This document shows, piece by piece, positions 56,689-64,000 of a DNA stretch of 64,000 nt. The stretch lies in contig DATKYK010000005.1 of NCBI GenBank assembly GCA_035528575.1, forward strand, positions 30,381 to 94,380. The letters run 5' to 3'. Position 1 is the first letter of the stretch. Each line of letters opens with the position of its first letter. The position numbers were made by a program, and so were the translations under genes. The notes under the pieces are model-generated. The model saw only the letters and a list, made by a program, of their open reading frames with translations, did no database searches and was not told the origin of the DNA. The stretch is from Dehalococcoidia bacterium. Its GTDB lineage: Bacteria; Chloroflexota; Dehalococcoidia; E44-bin15.

Positions 56689-57789
56689 ATGAGTTTTAAA
56701 AAGCTGCCAAAACTGCGAATAGGTGATTTGGAAGCTAACCTGGCCATTGTTCAGGGAGGAATGGGCGTTGGTATTTCCTTATCAGGTTTAGCCTCGGCTG
56801 TTGCAAATGAGGGTGGTATTGGAGTTATTGCTGCTACTGGGATTGGTTGGCTTGAGCCTGATTCAGGCATAAATTTCAAGGAGGCAAACAAGAGAGCCTT
56901 GAGCAAAGAAATAAAAAAGGCAAGGGAGATGACAACGGGCGTTATTGGTGTAAACATAATGGTAGCTCTTTCAGATTCTCATGATCTCGTACAGGTTGCA
57001 GTGGATGAAGGCGCAGATTTAGTTTTTCTTGGCGCAGGGCTTCCACTAAGGAATTATAATGCATCGTCGCCGGATAGCTCGAGAAAAGCCACAACCAAGA
57101 TTGTTCCTATAGTATCTTCTGCAAGAGCGGCCGGAATTATATTTCGATATTGGCAAAGAAACTACAATCATGTGCCTGATGCTGTGGTTCTTGAGGGCCC
57201 ACTGGCCGGTGGACACCTCGGGTTTAAAAAGTGGCAGATCGATGACCCTGACTATACACTGGAAAAGATACTGCCGGAGGTGATCTCCATTATAAAGCCC
57301 TATGAGCAGCATTTTAATAAAAGCATTCCAGTAATCGCCGCAGGCGGCATATACACAGGGGCTGATATTCATAAATTTATCCAGCTAGGTGCTCAGGGAG
57401 TGCAGATGGCAACCAGGTTTGTTGCAACTCACGAGTGTGATGCTTCCATAGAATTTAAGGAGGCATATGTAAAATGCAAAAAAGATGATATAATCATAAT
57501 TGAGAGCCCCGTTGGATTGCCGGGAAGAGCTATACGAAACAGGTTTCTTGAAGATGTGTCATCGGGAGTTAAAAAGCCTTTTAAATGCCCCTGGAAGTGT
57601 CTGAAGGCCTGTGATTTTAGAAATGCGCCATACTGCATTGCCCTTGCATTAACCAATGCCAAAAAGGGAAACCTTGAAGAAGGATTTGCTTTTGGGGGAG
57701 CCAACGCCTATAGGTCAGATAAAATCACCCCTGTTAAGGAGCTTATAGAGGCTTTATTGGAAGAATATGAAAGGGCAGCATCTGCATAA
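56689..57789 (+). CDS. NAD(P)H-dependent flavin oxidoreductase, nitronate monooxygenase / FabK-like (NPD family), paralog 1
   Basis: 366 aa. IVQGGMGVGIS, AGGIYTGADI, QLGAQGVQMATRF. Confidence 0.7.
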   Translation: MSFKKLPKLRIGDLEANLAIVQGGMGVGISLSGLASAVANEGGIGVIAATGIGWLEPDSGINFKEANKRALSKEIKKAREMTTGVIGVNIMVALSDSHDLVQVAVDEGADLVFLGAGLPLRNYNASSPDSSRKATTKIVPIVSSARAAGIIFRYWQRNYNHVPDAVVLEGPLAGGHLGFKKWQIDDPDYTLEKILPEVISIIKPYEQHFNKSIPVIAAGGIYTGADIHKFIQLGAQGVQMATRFVATHECDASIEFKEAYVKCKKDDIIIIESPVGLPGRAIRNRFLEDVSSGVKKPFKCPWKCLKACDFRNAPYCIALALTNAKKGNLEEGFAFGGANAYRSDKITPVKELIEALLEEYERAASA

Positions 57790-57944
57790 AATGCTTCGCC
57801 TGATACAAGCAGACACGCTTCGGGCTTGCGCCCCCTTGCCCTTTGGGACGTTGCTTCCTCTGGTAGCAACGTCGTATACGCTGTAAACGTCAGGTGAATT
57901 TTCAGCATTGATGTCAAAGAGAGAGAGATAGAAAGGAGGTCAAA

Positions 57945-58217
57945 GTGAACATCTACGCAGGCAACTTGTCACACGAGCTCACCGAGGAGGAATTGCAGGA
58001 GGCTTTTAAAGAGTTCGGGGAGATTACATCCGCCAGAATCATCACCGACAGATACAGCGGCGTATCGAGAGGATTCGGATTTGTGGAGATGCCCAGCAAA
58101 TCTGAAGCCGAGGCTGCGATCGCTGGACTGAACGGCAGGGAGTTGAAAGGACGAGCACTTACCGTTAATGAGGCGCGCCCTCGCACCGAAGGCCCTCGAG
58201 GTGGGGAACGGCGCTGA
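57945..58217 (+). CDS. RRM-type RNA-binding protein
   Basis: RNP-2 IYAGNL and RNP-1 RGFGFVEM. Gly/Arg-rich tail. Confidence 0.85.
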   Translation: MNIYAGNLSHELTEEELQEAFKEFGEITSARIITDRYSGVSRGFGFVEMPSKSEAEAAIAGLNGRELKGRALTVNEARPRTEGPRGGERR

Positions 58218-58613
58218 TAAACGGTCCTAATTTCTAACAGATTTACAAGAGCCTATTGCACAAAGCAAAAAATTTGAATAAGTTCCCCCACTAGGCTGCT
58301 AAAATCGCTATCACAATGGCATGATGGCTCCATTATTAGTCTCAAGATAGGCTTTCCAGTGGGCCTATTCCTCACTGTAATGAGAAGATCCGTGTTTATG
58401 CAACAAGCTCATAATAGAGCTTCCCGGGGGGGCTGAGGTTTCACTCGCTTTGGGTGAGAGGAGACTAATACTTCCTTGCGGAAATCCGCGTCACTTCTTG
58501 ACTACCCCTAGGGGGGGCTGACAGGCTTGGGAAATCGCATTCTCGAACAAGGTACTGAGACGTTTACTTTTACAACAAAGTACTAGCATAGAGTATATAT
58601 GAGTGCTGGTTGA

Positions 58614-59009
58614 TTAGGTTGCAGGGGTTACAGGGGTTACAGGGATTACAGGCTTTCCACTTCTCGGCCCAAACCCGCTAAAGGTTTTAAAAACTTTCTG
58701 TCCACCACACTTCTTGCAAATACCTAGAGCCTCACCATCACTCTGTTCTTTAATAATCCAGTGATGCACACAGGTAATCAGAGGGGGGGAGTCCAGGGTA
58801 TCAGAAAGCGTCTCACCGTAAGTTAGAGAGTAACAACGTGATTTAAAAATTCTCACACCTTCCTGAATTCCATTATACCACATTTGAAACCAACACCCAT
58901 AGCGAACTTTTTTGAATATTCGAATATTCAAACGGCTCTGCTTTAACCAAAAAGTCGGTGGGTACCCTGACGTAAGATTGTAAGGCAATATTTTAATGCT
59001 GAAAAACAT
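58614..59009 (-). CDS. Doubtful ORF (131 aa) in an AT-rich non-coding-looking tract. Carries a CxxHH...CKKCGG zinc-ribbon-like stretch and a C-terminus encoded by a 9-nt tandem repeat.
   Basis: GC is clearly lower than in the surrounding genes. No RBS. The end of the ORF is the (GGGGTTACA)x3 repeat. Confidence 0.15.
   Translation of the reverse strand: MFFSIKILPYNLTSGYPPTFWLKQSRLNIRIFKKVRYGCWFQMWYNGIQEGVRIFKSRCYSLTYGETLSDTLDSPPLITCVHHWIIKEQSDGEALGICKKCGGQKVFKTFSGFGPRSGKPVIPVTPVTPAT
58622..58650. repeat. Tandem 9-mer repeat GGGGTTACA GGGGTTACA GGGATTACA
   Basis: Seen directly. Confidence 0.7.
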
Positions 59010-59391
59010 AGCTCATAGATACCCGCTATTTGGGGGATACTTAATTAGTACTAAACATGGAATTCCTCAGGCTTGCTTCTGCTAAGCAGCCGTTTATGCC
59101 AGGGCGACCTATCCGCAGTTAGCAGCTTAACCTGGCTTTCGAGGGCTTCTACCTTATTCCGAGGCAACCCCGATCTAATCTGAAAGAGCAATTAACTCAC
59201 ACTATCAAGATAGTGGCGCCTCATAAAACCTCAGGCTATCCTCAAATCTGATAGAGCGCGTATAGCGCACCACTCCAATCAGTAGCAGTCTTGTTGGGTG
59301 CGAACGCCCCCGCGACATGGTACAATAGCGCGAGTCATAATCTCTATTGAAAAGTCCATTTCCCAGCATCCGCTAGATAGATGCCCTGAGT

Positions 59392-61218
59392 TTGAAAATG
59401 GGTTATAAAAGTATAAGCGATTATGGAATCATTGGAAATATGCTTTCTGCGGCCCTGGTAGGGATCGACGGCTCCATCGACTGGTGTTGCCTGCCCCAAT
59501 TCGATTCCCCCAGCGTCTTTGCCGCGATATTGGATGATGAGAGGGGGGGGAGATTTCATATCAGGCCGCAGACGCCTTTTAAGTGCGGCCAAGCCTATCT
59601 ACCCGATACTAACGTGCTTCAGACCACCTTCCAAACCGCGACAGGCACGGCCACTGTAACCGATTTCATGCCCTGCTACCTAATCTCTGGGCATCGACTG
59701 GCCCAATTCCCTGAGATCCATCGCGTGGCGCAGTGCACCGAAGGTGAGGTGTCACTGGAAATTATTTTTGAGCCGAGGCTAGACTACGCTCGAAGTAGGA
59801 CACGATTAGATATCTCAAAATACGGAGTTACCGCAAATGGAGGGAAAGATACTCTAGCACTCTCCTCTTCGATTCCCTTTGCCACTCATGAAGATAGCGC
59901 TGTTAGCCGATTCACTCTTCAACAGGGACAAAAAAATGAGTCTGTCCTGCGATACGGCTCCGATACACCTGTGCCTCCCAGTGCCTATAAATCGGCAGGT
60001 AAATTAGAGAGAACCGCGGCATACTGGCAACATCAAACTGAAGGCATGGCCTGTTCGGGCACTTGGCGAGAGGCCATTGTGAGGTCTTATCTGGCCCTGC
60101 GCCTGCTGGTTTACTCACCAACAAGTGCCGTTATCGCGGCTCCAACCACATCATTGCCGAATGAAATCGGCGGCGAGCGTAACTGGGACTATCGCTTTTC
60201 ATGGCTCAGAGATACCTCGCTAACGTTTAATGCATTTCACTGCCTATGGCACAGTGAAAAGGATTCAGGGTTCAGGAAGTGGCTGCTTAATGTATGCCGC
60301 AAGGGTGACTCCAGAAACCAGGTTTTCCATAAAATCGATTTTATGGAACCAGTTGATGAACAGGTGCTCGATCATTTTAGGGGATACCGGGACTCCCAGC
60401 CGGTACGAATCGGGAATGATGCCTATCGGCAACTTCAACTGGACGTTCCTGGTGAGGTTCTAGAGACCGCCTACAACTACTTCAACATCGGTGGCCACAT
60501 CGGGCAATGCATCTGGGCACTCCTGGAGAGCTTTGTTAATGACGCGTGCGAGCTGTGGCAGAAACCCGACAGCGGTATCTGGGAGGTAAGGGGTGGCCCA
60601 TATCATTTTGTGCATTCCAAGCTCATGTGCTGGGTAGCTGTGAACCGGGGAATCAAAATGGCCGAAAAGCTGGGGCACAGGAGAAACCTTGAGCGATGGG
60701 GAAGAACTGCCCGGGATATCAAGGATGACATTCTAACCAGGGGCTGGAACTCACAGCGGCGGGCTTTTACACAGCACTACGATACATTAGCTATGGACGC
60801 GAGTAATCTCCGCATGCCTCTCTACGGCTTCTTACCCATCTCTGACGAGCGGATAATGTCCACTATCGAACGCACCGTTGAAGAGCTGAGTTTAAATGGC
60901 CTTTTGTTCCGATATAGAGCCGACGAGATCGATGATGGACACAGCGGGTCGGAGGGAGCGTTCTTGTCGTGCTCCTTCTGGTTAGCGAGGGATTTGCTCC
61001 GGATGGGAAGGCTAGAAGATGCTGTCGCTATGTATCAAAGATTACTTGGCTACGGCAATCATATCGGGCTTTTTTCAGAAATGGCCGACCCAACTTCCGG
61101 AGAAGCCCTGGGTAATTTCCCTCAGGCCCTTACTCATCTAGAGGTAATCACCACTGGACTGGAGCTACTCCAAGCCATGCAAGGTAAAAACACTGCAGCA
61201 GGCAGATCGCCAGCATGA
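59392..61218 (+). CDS. Glycoside hydrolase family 15 (glucoamylase/trehalase-like)
   Basis: 608 aa. N-terminus YKSISDYGIIGNMLSAALVGIDGSIDWCCLPQFDSPSVFAAILD is the GH15 N-domain signature. C-terminal (alpha/alpha)6 barrel region. Confidence 0.8.
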   Translation: MKMGYKSISDYGIIGNMLSAALVGIDGSIDWCCLPQFDSPSVFAAILDDERGGRFHIRPQTPFKCGQAYLPDTNVLQTTFQTATGTATVTDFMPCYLISGHRLAQFPEIHRVAQCTEGEVSLEIIFEPRLDYARSRTRLDISKYGVTANGGKDTLALSSSIPFATHEDSAVSRFTLQQGQKNESVLRYGSDTPVPPSAYKSAGKLERTAAYWQHQTEGMACSGTWREAIVRSYLALRLLVYSPTSAVIAAPTTSLPNEIGGERNWDYRFSWLRDTSLTFNAFHCLWHSEKDSGFRKWLLNVCRKGDSRNQVFHKIDFMEPVDEQVLDHFRGYRDSQPVRIGNDAYRQLQLDVPGEVLETAYNYFNIGGHIGQCIWALLESFVNDACELWQKPDSGIWEVRGGPYHFVHSKLMCWVAVNRGIKMAEKLGHRRNLERWGRTARDIKDDILTRGWNSQRRAFTQHYDTLAMDASNLRMPLYGFLPISDERIMSTIERTVEELSLNGLLFRYRADEIDDGHSGSEGAFLSCSFWLARDLLRMGRLEDAVAMYQRLLGYGNHIGLFSEMADPTSGEALGNFPQALTHLEVITTGLELLQAMQGKNTAAGRSPA

Positions 61219-61305
61219 CGCCGTGTAGCAGCATATCATCTCGCTAGCACAACCTCTCTTTACGGAGCTATGTTATAATTGGTAAAGATAGGGAAGGAGG
61301 ACGCT

Positions 61306-61668
61306 GTGTTCGTTATAGAAGTACGGGAGCACTTTGATGCGGCGCACGCATTGAGGGGCTACCGGGGGAAATGCGAGAACCTTCACGGGCACCGCTTTGA
61401 GGTGATGGTAACGCTGCAGGCACAGGAGCTGGACCAGATCGGCTTGGCCTACGATTTTACGGTGCTCAAGCGGCACCTCAGGGAGATACTGGCAAGCTTT
61501 GACCACGTGTGTCTTAACGATGTACCACCCTTCGACCGTATAAACCCCTCCTCAGAGAACATCGCCACCACAATATATGAGGAGTTCCAGAAAAGGGAAC
61601 TCCCCATCTCAAGCATCCAGGTCTGCGAATCTGCAGACTCCTGCGTTATCTACATGCCGGGTAAATAG
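61306..61668 (+). CDS. queD: 6-carboxy-5,6,7,8-tetrahydropterin synthase / 6-pyruvoyl-tetrahydropterin synthase
   Basis: CENLHGHRF (Cx3HGH zinc/catalytic motif) plus the ...EHFDAAHAL... motif. GTG start at 61306 with a GGAAGGAGG RBS. The ORF track's ATG at 61279 lies inside the RBS. Confidence 0.8.
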   Translation: MFVIEVREHFDAAHALRGYRGKCENLHGHRFEVMVTLQAQELDQIGLAYDFTVLKRHLREILASFDHVCLNDVPPFDRINPSSENIATTIYEEFQKRELPISSIQVCESADSCVIYMPGK

Positions 61669-61670
61669 GT

Positions 61671-61907
61671 TTAGGTCCTGGACTCTGATTCCTCGATGAC
61701 CTCCGGCGGGATCTCGATCGCGGTCACTGCCATGATCCATCCGATCCAGAACCCCAGCGCCAGCACCACGAAAAAGCCAATGATTACCGGAACCGCAATG
61801 GCCCAGACGACCAGTTCGTGCTGCAGGACTATCCCGGCGATGAAGGCACACCCTGCCAGAACGGTTCCCAGGCAAATCAGCACACCAACTACGCGAGACT
61901 TCTGCAT
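61671..61907 (-). CDS. Small membrane protein (78 aa, 2 TM)
   Basis: Two hydrophobic helices. No family assigned. Confidence 0.35.
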   Translation of the reverse strand: MQKSRVVGVLICLGTVLAGCAFIAGIVLQHELVVWAIAVPVIIGFFVVLALGFWIGWIMAVTAIEIPPEVIEESESRT

Positions 61908-61922
61908 GTTACCTCCTATAAT

Positions 61923-62108
61923 TTAGGTACGAAGCTCCGGCGGGAGTAGATTTGGGATAGTATCTTCTATGGGATAGGTTACCGAGCAACTTTCGCAATA
62001 CAGTGAGCCCTTGACTATCTCTTGCTCATCCTCCTCCTCGACGGTAAGTTTCAGGTCCCCCTTACACAGCGGGCAGGCGAGGATCTCCATAAGCTCTCGT
62101 TTCATCAT
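61923..62108 (-). CDS. trm112: Trm112-family protein (UPF0434/YcaR)
   Basis: ILACPLCKGDL...LYCESCSVTYPIEDTIPNLL, a zinc-ribbon-like Trm112 signature. Confidence 0.8.
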   Translation of the reverse strand: MMKRELMEILACPLCKGDLKLTVEEEDEQEIVKGSLYCESCSVTYPIEDTIPNLLPPELRT

Positions 62109-62215
62109 CCCTCCTTATCATCGAATAGAATTCTACCTCACTACCTTCACATCGTCAATATCGTATACTTGTACAGTACATTAGTGACACAAAATCGCCA
62201 GACCATTGCCGCTGT

Positions 62216-62247
62216 CATTGCGACCCCGATTTATCGGGGTCGCAATG
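62216..62247. repeat. REP-like perfect palindrome CATTGCGACCCCGAT-tt-ATCGGGGTCGCAATG (copy 2 of the element at 52396)
   Basis: 15-bp perfect inverted repeat. A shared 27-mer (TATCACccATcTCTATCTGArCGAGATC) also occurs near both copies, at 52504-52530 and 62282-62307. Confidence 0.65.
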
Positions 62248-62384
62248 ATGGGTAAAAGAGCGCCTTAAAAGTACACTAGGGTATCACCCATCTATCTGAA
62301 CGAGATCAATAGCGGCCGCTTCGCCTTGACAGCGCTCCTCCTCTCCGAATAGAATGCTTGAGAGCCAGTGAAGGGGTGGCATCT

Positions 62385-63341
62385 GTGAAAAAGACTAGGA
62401 TTTGCGAATTGCTGGGTATAGAGTACCCAATAATACAAGGGGGGATGACCTGGATTGCCAACGCAGAGCTGGCCGCTGCCGTCTCCAGTGCTGGAGGGCT
62501 GGGCCTAATCAGCCCCAACGCTTCTATGAGGCTGGAGGATGATCTGTTAGCGAACCTGAGGAGCCAGATAAGGACGGCGAAAAGGCTCACCGATAAGCCC
62601 TTCGGGGTGAACCTTGTGGTGCAGATCCCGGGGATTGAGGATCTGATCGGTGTAGTAATTGAAGAGGGGATAAAGGTGGTAACTACCTCCGCGGGCAACC
62701 CTGCCATCTATACCCCCCTCCTGAAGGAAGCCGGGATGACGGTGCTTCACCTGGTAGCCTCCGTAAGACAGGCTAGAAGCGCGGAAAGAAGCGGGGTGGA
62801 TGCGGTGATTGCTGAGGGCTATGAGGCCGGCGGGCACAACGGCTTGGATGAGATTCCCACCCTGGTCCTCGTCCCCCAGGTGGTGGATGCGGTGAGCATC
62901 CCGGTGGTTGCCGCCGGCGGCATCGCCGACGCGCGCGGCTTCGCCGCTGCCCTGGCCCTAGGGGCGGAGGGGGTACAGATGGGCACCCGCTTTATCGCCA
63001 CCCACGAATGCATCGCTCACGGCAACTTCAAGGATGGTATCATAAACGCTACTGACACCGGGACAATGGTCACCGGCAGAAGGCTTGCCCCCACACGGGG
63101 GCTCAAAAACGATTTCCTGGCAAAGGTCGCCGAGATGGAGCAGCAGGGTGCCACCGCTGAGGAGCTTTTCGCTTTCATCGGTTTTGCCCCGTCAAGGATT
63201 GGCCAGTTAAAGGGCGAGATGCAAGAAGGCGAGCTATACTGCGGTGCTATCTCCGGAATGATAAGCGAGATCACGAGCGCGGGCGATGTGGTGCGAAATA
63301 TCGCAGATGGCTACTCCGGGGTGGTAGCCAGTCTAAGATAA
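62385..63341 (+). CDS. NPD-family nitronate monooxygenase / FabK-like flavin oxidoreductase, paralog 2
   Basis: VKKTRICELLGIEYPIIQGGMTWIA... GTG start at 62385 with a GAAGGGGTGG RBS (the ORF track's TTG 62358 start is less likely). AAGGIADARG...GAEGVQMGTRF. Confidence 0.75.
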   Translation: MKKTRICELLGIEYPIIQGGMTWIANAELAAAVSSAGGLGLISPNASMRLEDDLLANLRSQIRTAKRLTDKPFGVNLVVQIPGIEDLIGVVIEEGIKVVTTSAGNPAIYTPLLKEAGMTVLHLVASVRQARSAERSGVDAVIAEGYEAGGHNGLDEIPTLVLVPQVVDAVSIPVVAAGGIADARGFAAALALGAEGVQMGTRFIATHECIAHGNFKDGIINATDTGTMVTGRRLAPTRGLKNDFLAKVAEMEQQGATAEELFAFIGFAPSRIGQLKGEMQEGELYCGAISGMISEITSAGDVVRNIADGYSGVVASLR

Positions 63342-63366
63342 ACCATTGAGCTAAAAGGGGGAGTAG

Positions 63367-64000
63367 GTGAAAAAGACCAGGGTCTGCGAGCTTCTGTGTA
63401 TCGAGTATCCCATAATTCAAGGGGGGATGAGCCTTATCGCCAATGCCGAGCTGGCGGCCGCCGTCTCCAATGCTGGAGGGCTGGGCATAATAAGCCCCAA
63501 CGCCGGAGAGCATGACTGGGGGAAGGTCGAGGGGAACCTCAGAAGCCAGATTCGAAAGGCGAAAAGCCTCACCGATAAACCCTTCGGGGTGAATTTCCCC
63601 ATACCTGTATTAGGGCAGGATAGAAGCCTGCTCGATATCGCTATTGAGGAGGGTATTCCGGTAGTTACTACGGGGGCGGGAAGCCCGGCTCTTCATACCA
63701 GCTACCTACAGGAGCATGGCGTCAGGGTTCTCCATTTAGTAGCCTCAGTAAAACATGCAAAGGGGGCTGAGAAAAGTGGTGTAGATGCTGTGATCGCTGA
63801 GGGATACGAATCGGGTGGGATAAATAGCCCAGATGAGCTTACTACTTTTATCCTCGTCCCTCAGGTAGTGGATGCTGTGAGCATCCCGGTGATTGCCGCC
63901 GGGGGTATTTGTGATGCCCGTGGCTTGGTTGCTGCCCTCGCTCTGGGAGCGGAGGGGGTGCAGATGGGGACAGTATTCATTGCTACCCAGGAATGCATTG
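63367..64000 (+). CDS. NPD-family nitronate monooxygenase / FabK-like flavin oxidoreductase, paralog 3. Tandem duplicate, 3' end beyond the window.
   Basis: VKKTRVCELLCIEYPIIQGGMSLIANAELAAAVSNAGGLGII... has the same architecture and start context (GGGGGAGTAGGTG) as paralog 2. Absent from the ORF track because it uses a GTG start and runs off the window. Confidence 0.7.
   Translation, partial: MKKTRVCELLCIEYPIIQGGMSLIANAELAAAVSNAGGLGIISPNAGEHDWGKVEGNLRSQIRKAKSLTDKPFGVNFPIPVLGQDRSLLDIAIEEGIPVVTTGAGSPALHTSYLQEHGVRVLHLVASVKHAKGAEKSGVDAVIAEGYESGGINSPDELTTFILVPQVVDAVSIPVIAAGGICDARGLVAALALGAEGVQMGTVFIATQECI

Noticed and set aside
58390-58560. GGGGGGGCUGA motifs reminiscent of the tmRNA 5' end (GGGGCUGA)
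   Set aside because: There is no tRNA-like 3' domain (no T-arm GGUUCGA..CCA) within reach and no tag-peptide reading frame. It is retained only as an unexplained structured tract.

Overview
This 64 kb window is gene-dense bacterial chromosome at roughly 55-60% GC. The gene content resembles an anaerobic Chloroflexi/Dehalococcoidia-like organism, but I cannot fix taxonomy from sequence alone.

Layout from 5' to 3':
- 1-569: N-terminus of a Tat-exported formate-dehydrogenase-family molybdoenzyme, minus strand, running off the window.
- 1590-6920: a minus-strand ArsR-controlled metalloid-resistance operon with a thiol-redox module (arsR, ArsP-like permease, Trx-like, FKBP, CxxC lipoprotein, CcdA, ACR3).
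- 7620-14992: a selenium-utilisation cluster (selA, yedE, DUF3343-like fusion, ribokinase-fold protein, yedF/TusA-like, selD, selB). selD is a selenoprotein with an in-frame UGA that the ORF track truncated.
- 14997-21405: a ~6.3 kb lower-GC islet bracketed by an 88-nt direct repeat of tRNA-Sec (partial copy at 14997-15084, intact selC at 21308-21405). It carries a secreted metacaspase-like protein, a hidden SelW-like selenoprotein with a CxxU motif and in-frame UGA, a nitrilase-like gene, a parallel-beta-helix surface protein and private repeat families.
- 22082-33724: an 11-gene complex-I operon (nuoABCD-H/I-JKLMN) with no nuoEFG.
- 33809-35624: nadK, a GNAT acetyltransferase and nudF.
- 35621-39595: a GT4-methyltransferase-GT4 glycosylation cluster plus a convergent methyltransferase.
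- 39797-53445: a large minus-strand central-carbon block (fumarase beta, sdhBDCA, fumarase alpha, mdh, icd, LeuCD-like dehydratase, 5S/biotin and 12S carboxyltransferases, CitE-like lyase).
- 53524-64000: folP-folK, three nitronate-monooxygenase/FabK-like paralogs, an RRM protein, a GH15 glycosidase, queD and trm112.

The complex-I operon is the main novelty. A single 1013-aa ORF fuses NuoH, a GltD-type NAD(P)H/FAD flavoprotein domain and NuoI, which may be the missing electron-input module. A NUDIX hydrolase gene also sits between nuoM and nuoN.

I found no rRNA, CRISPR array, integrase or transposase. Several REP-like palindromic repeats are dispersed through the window.
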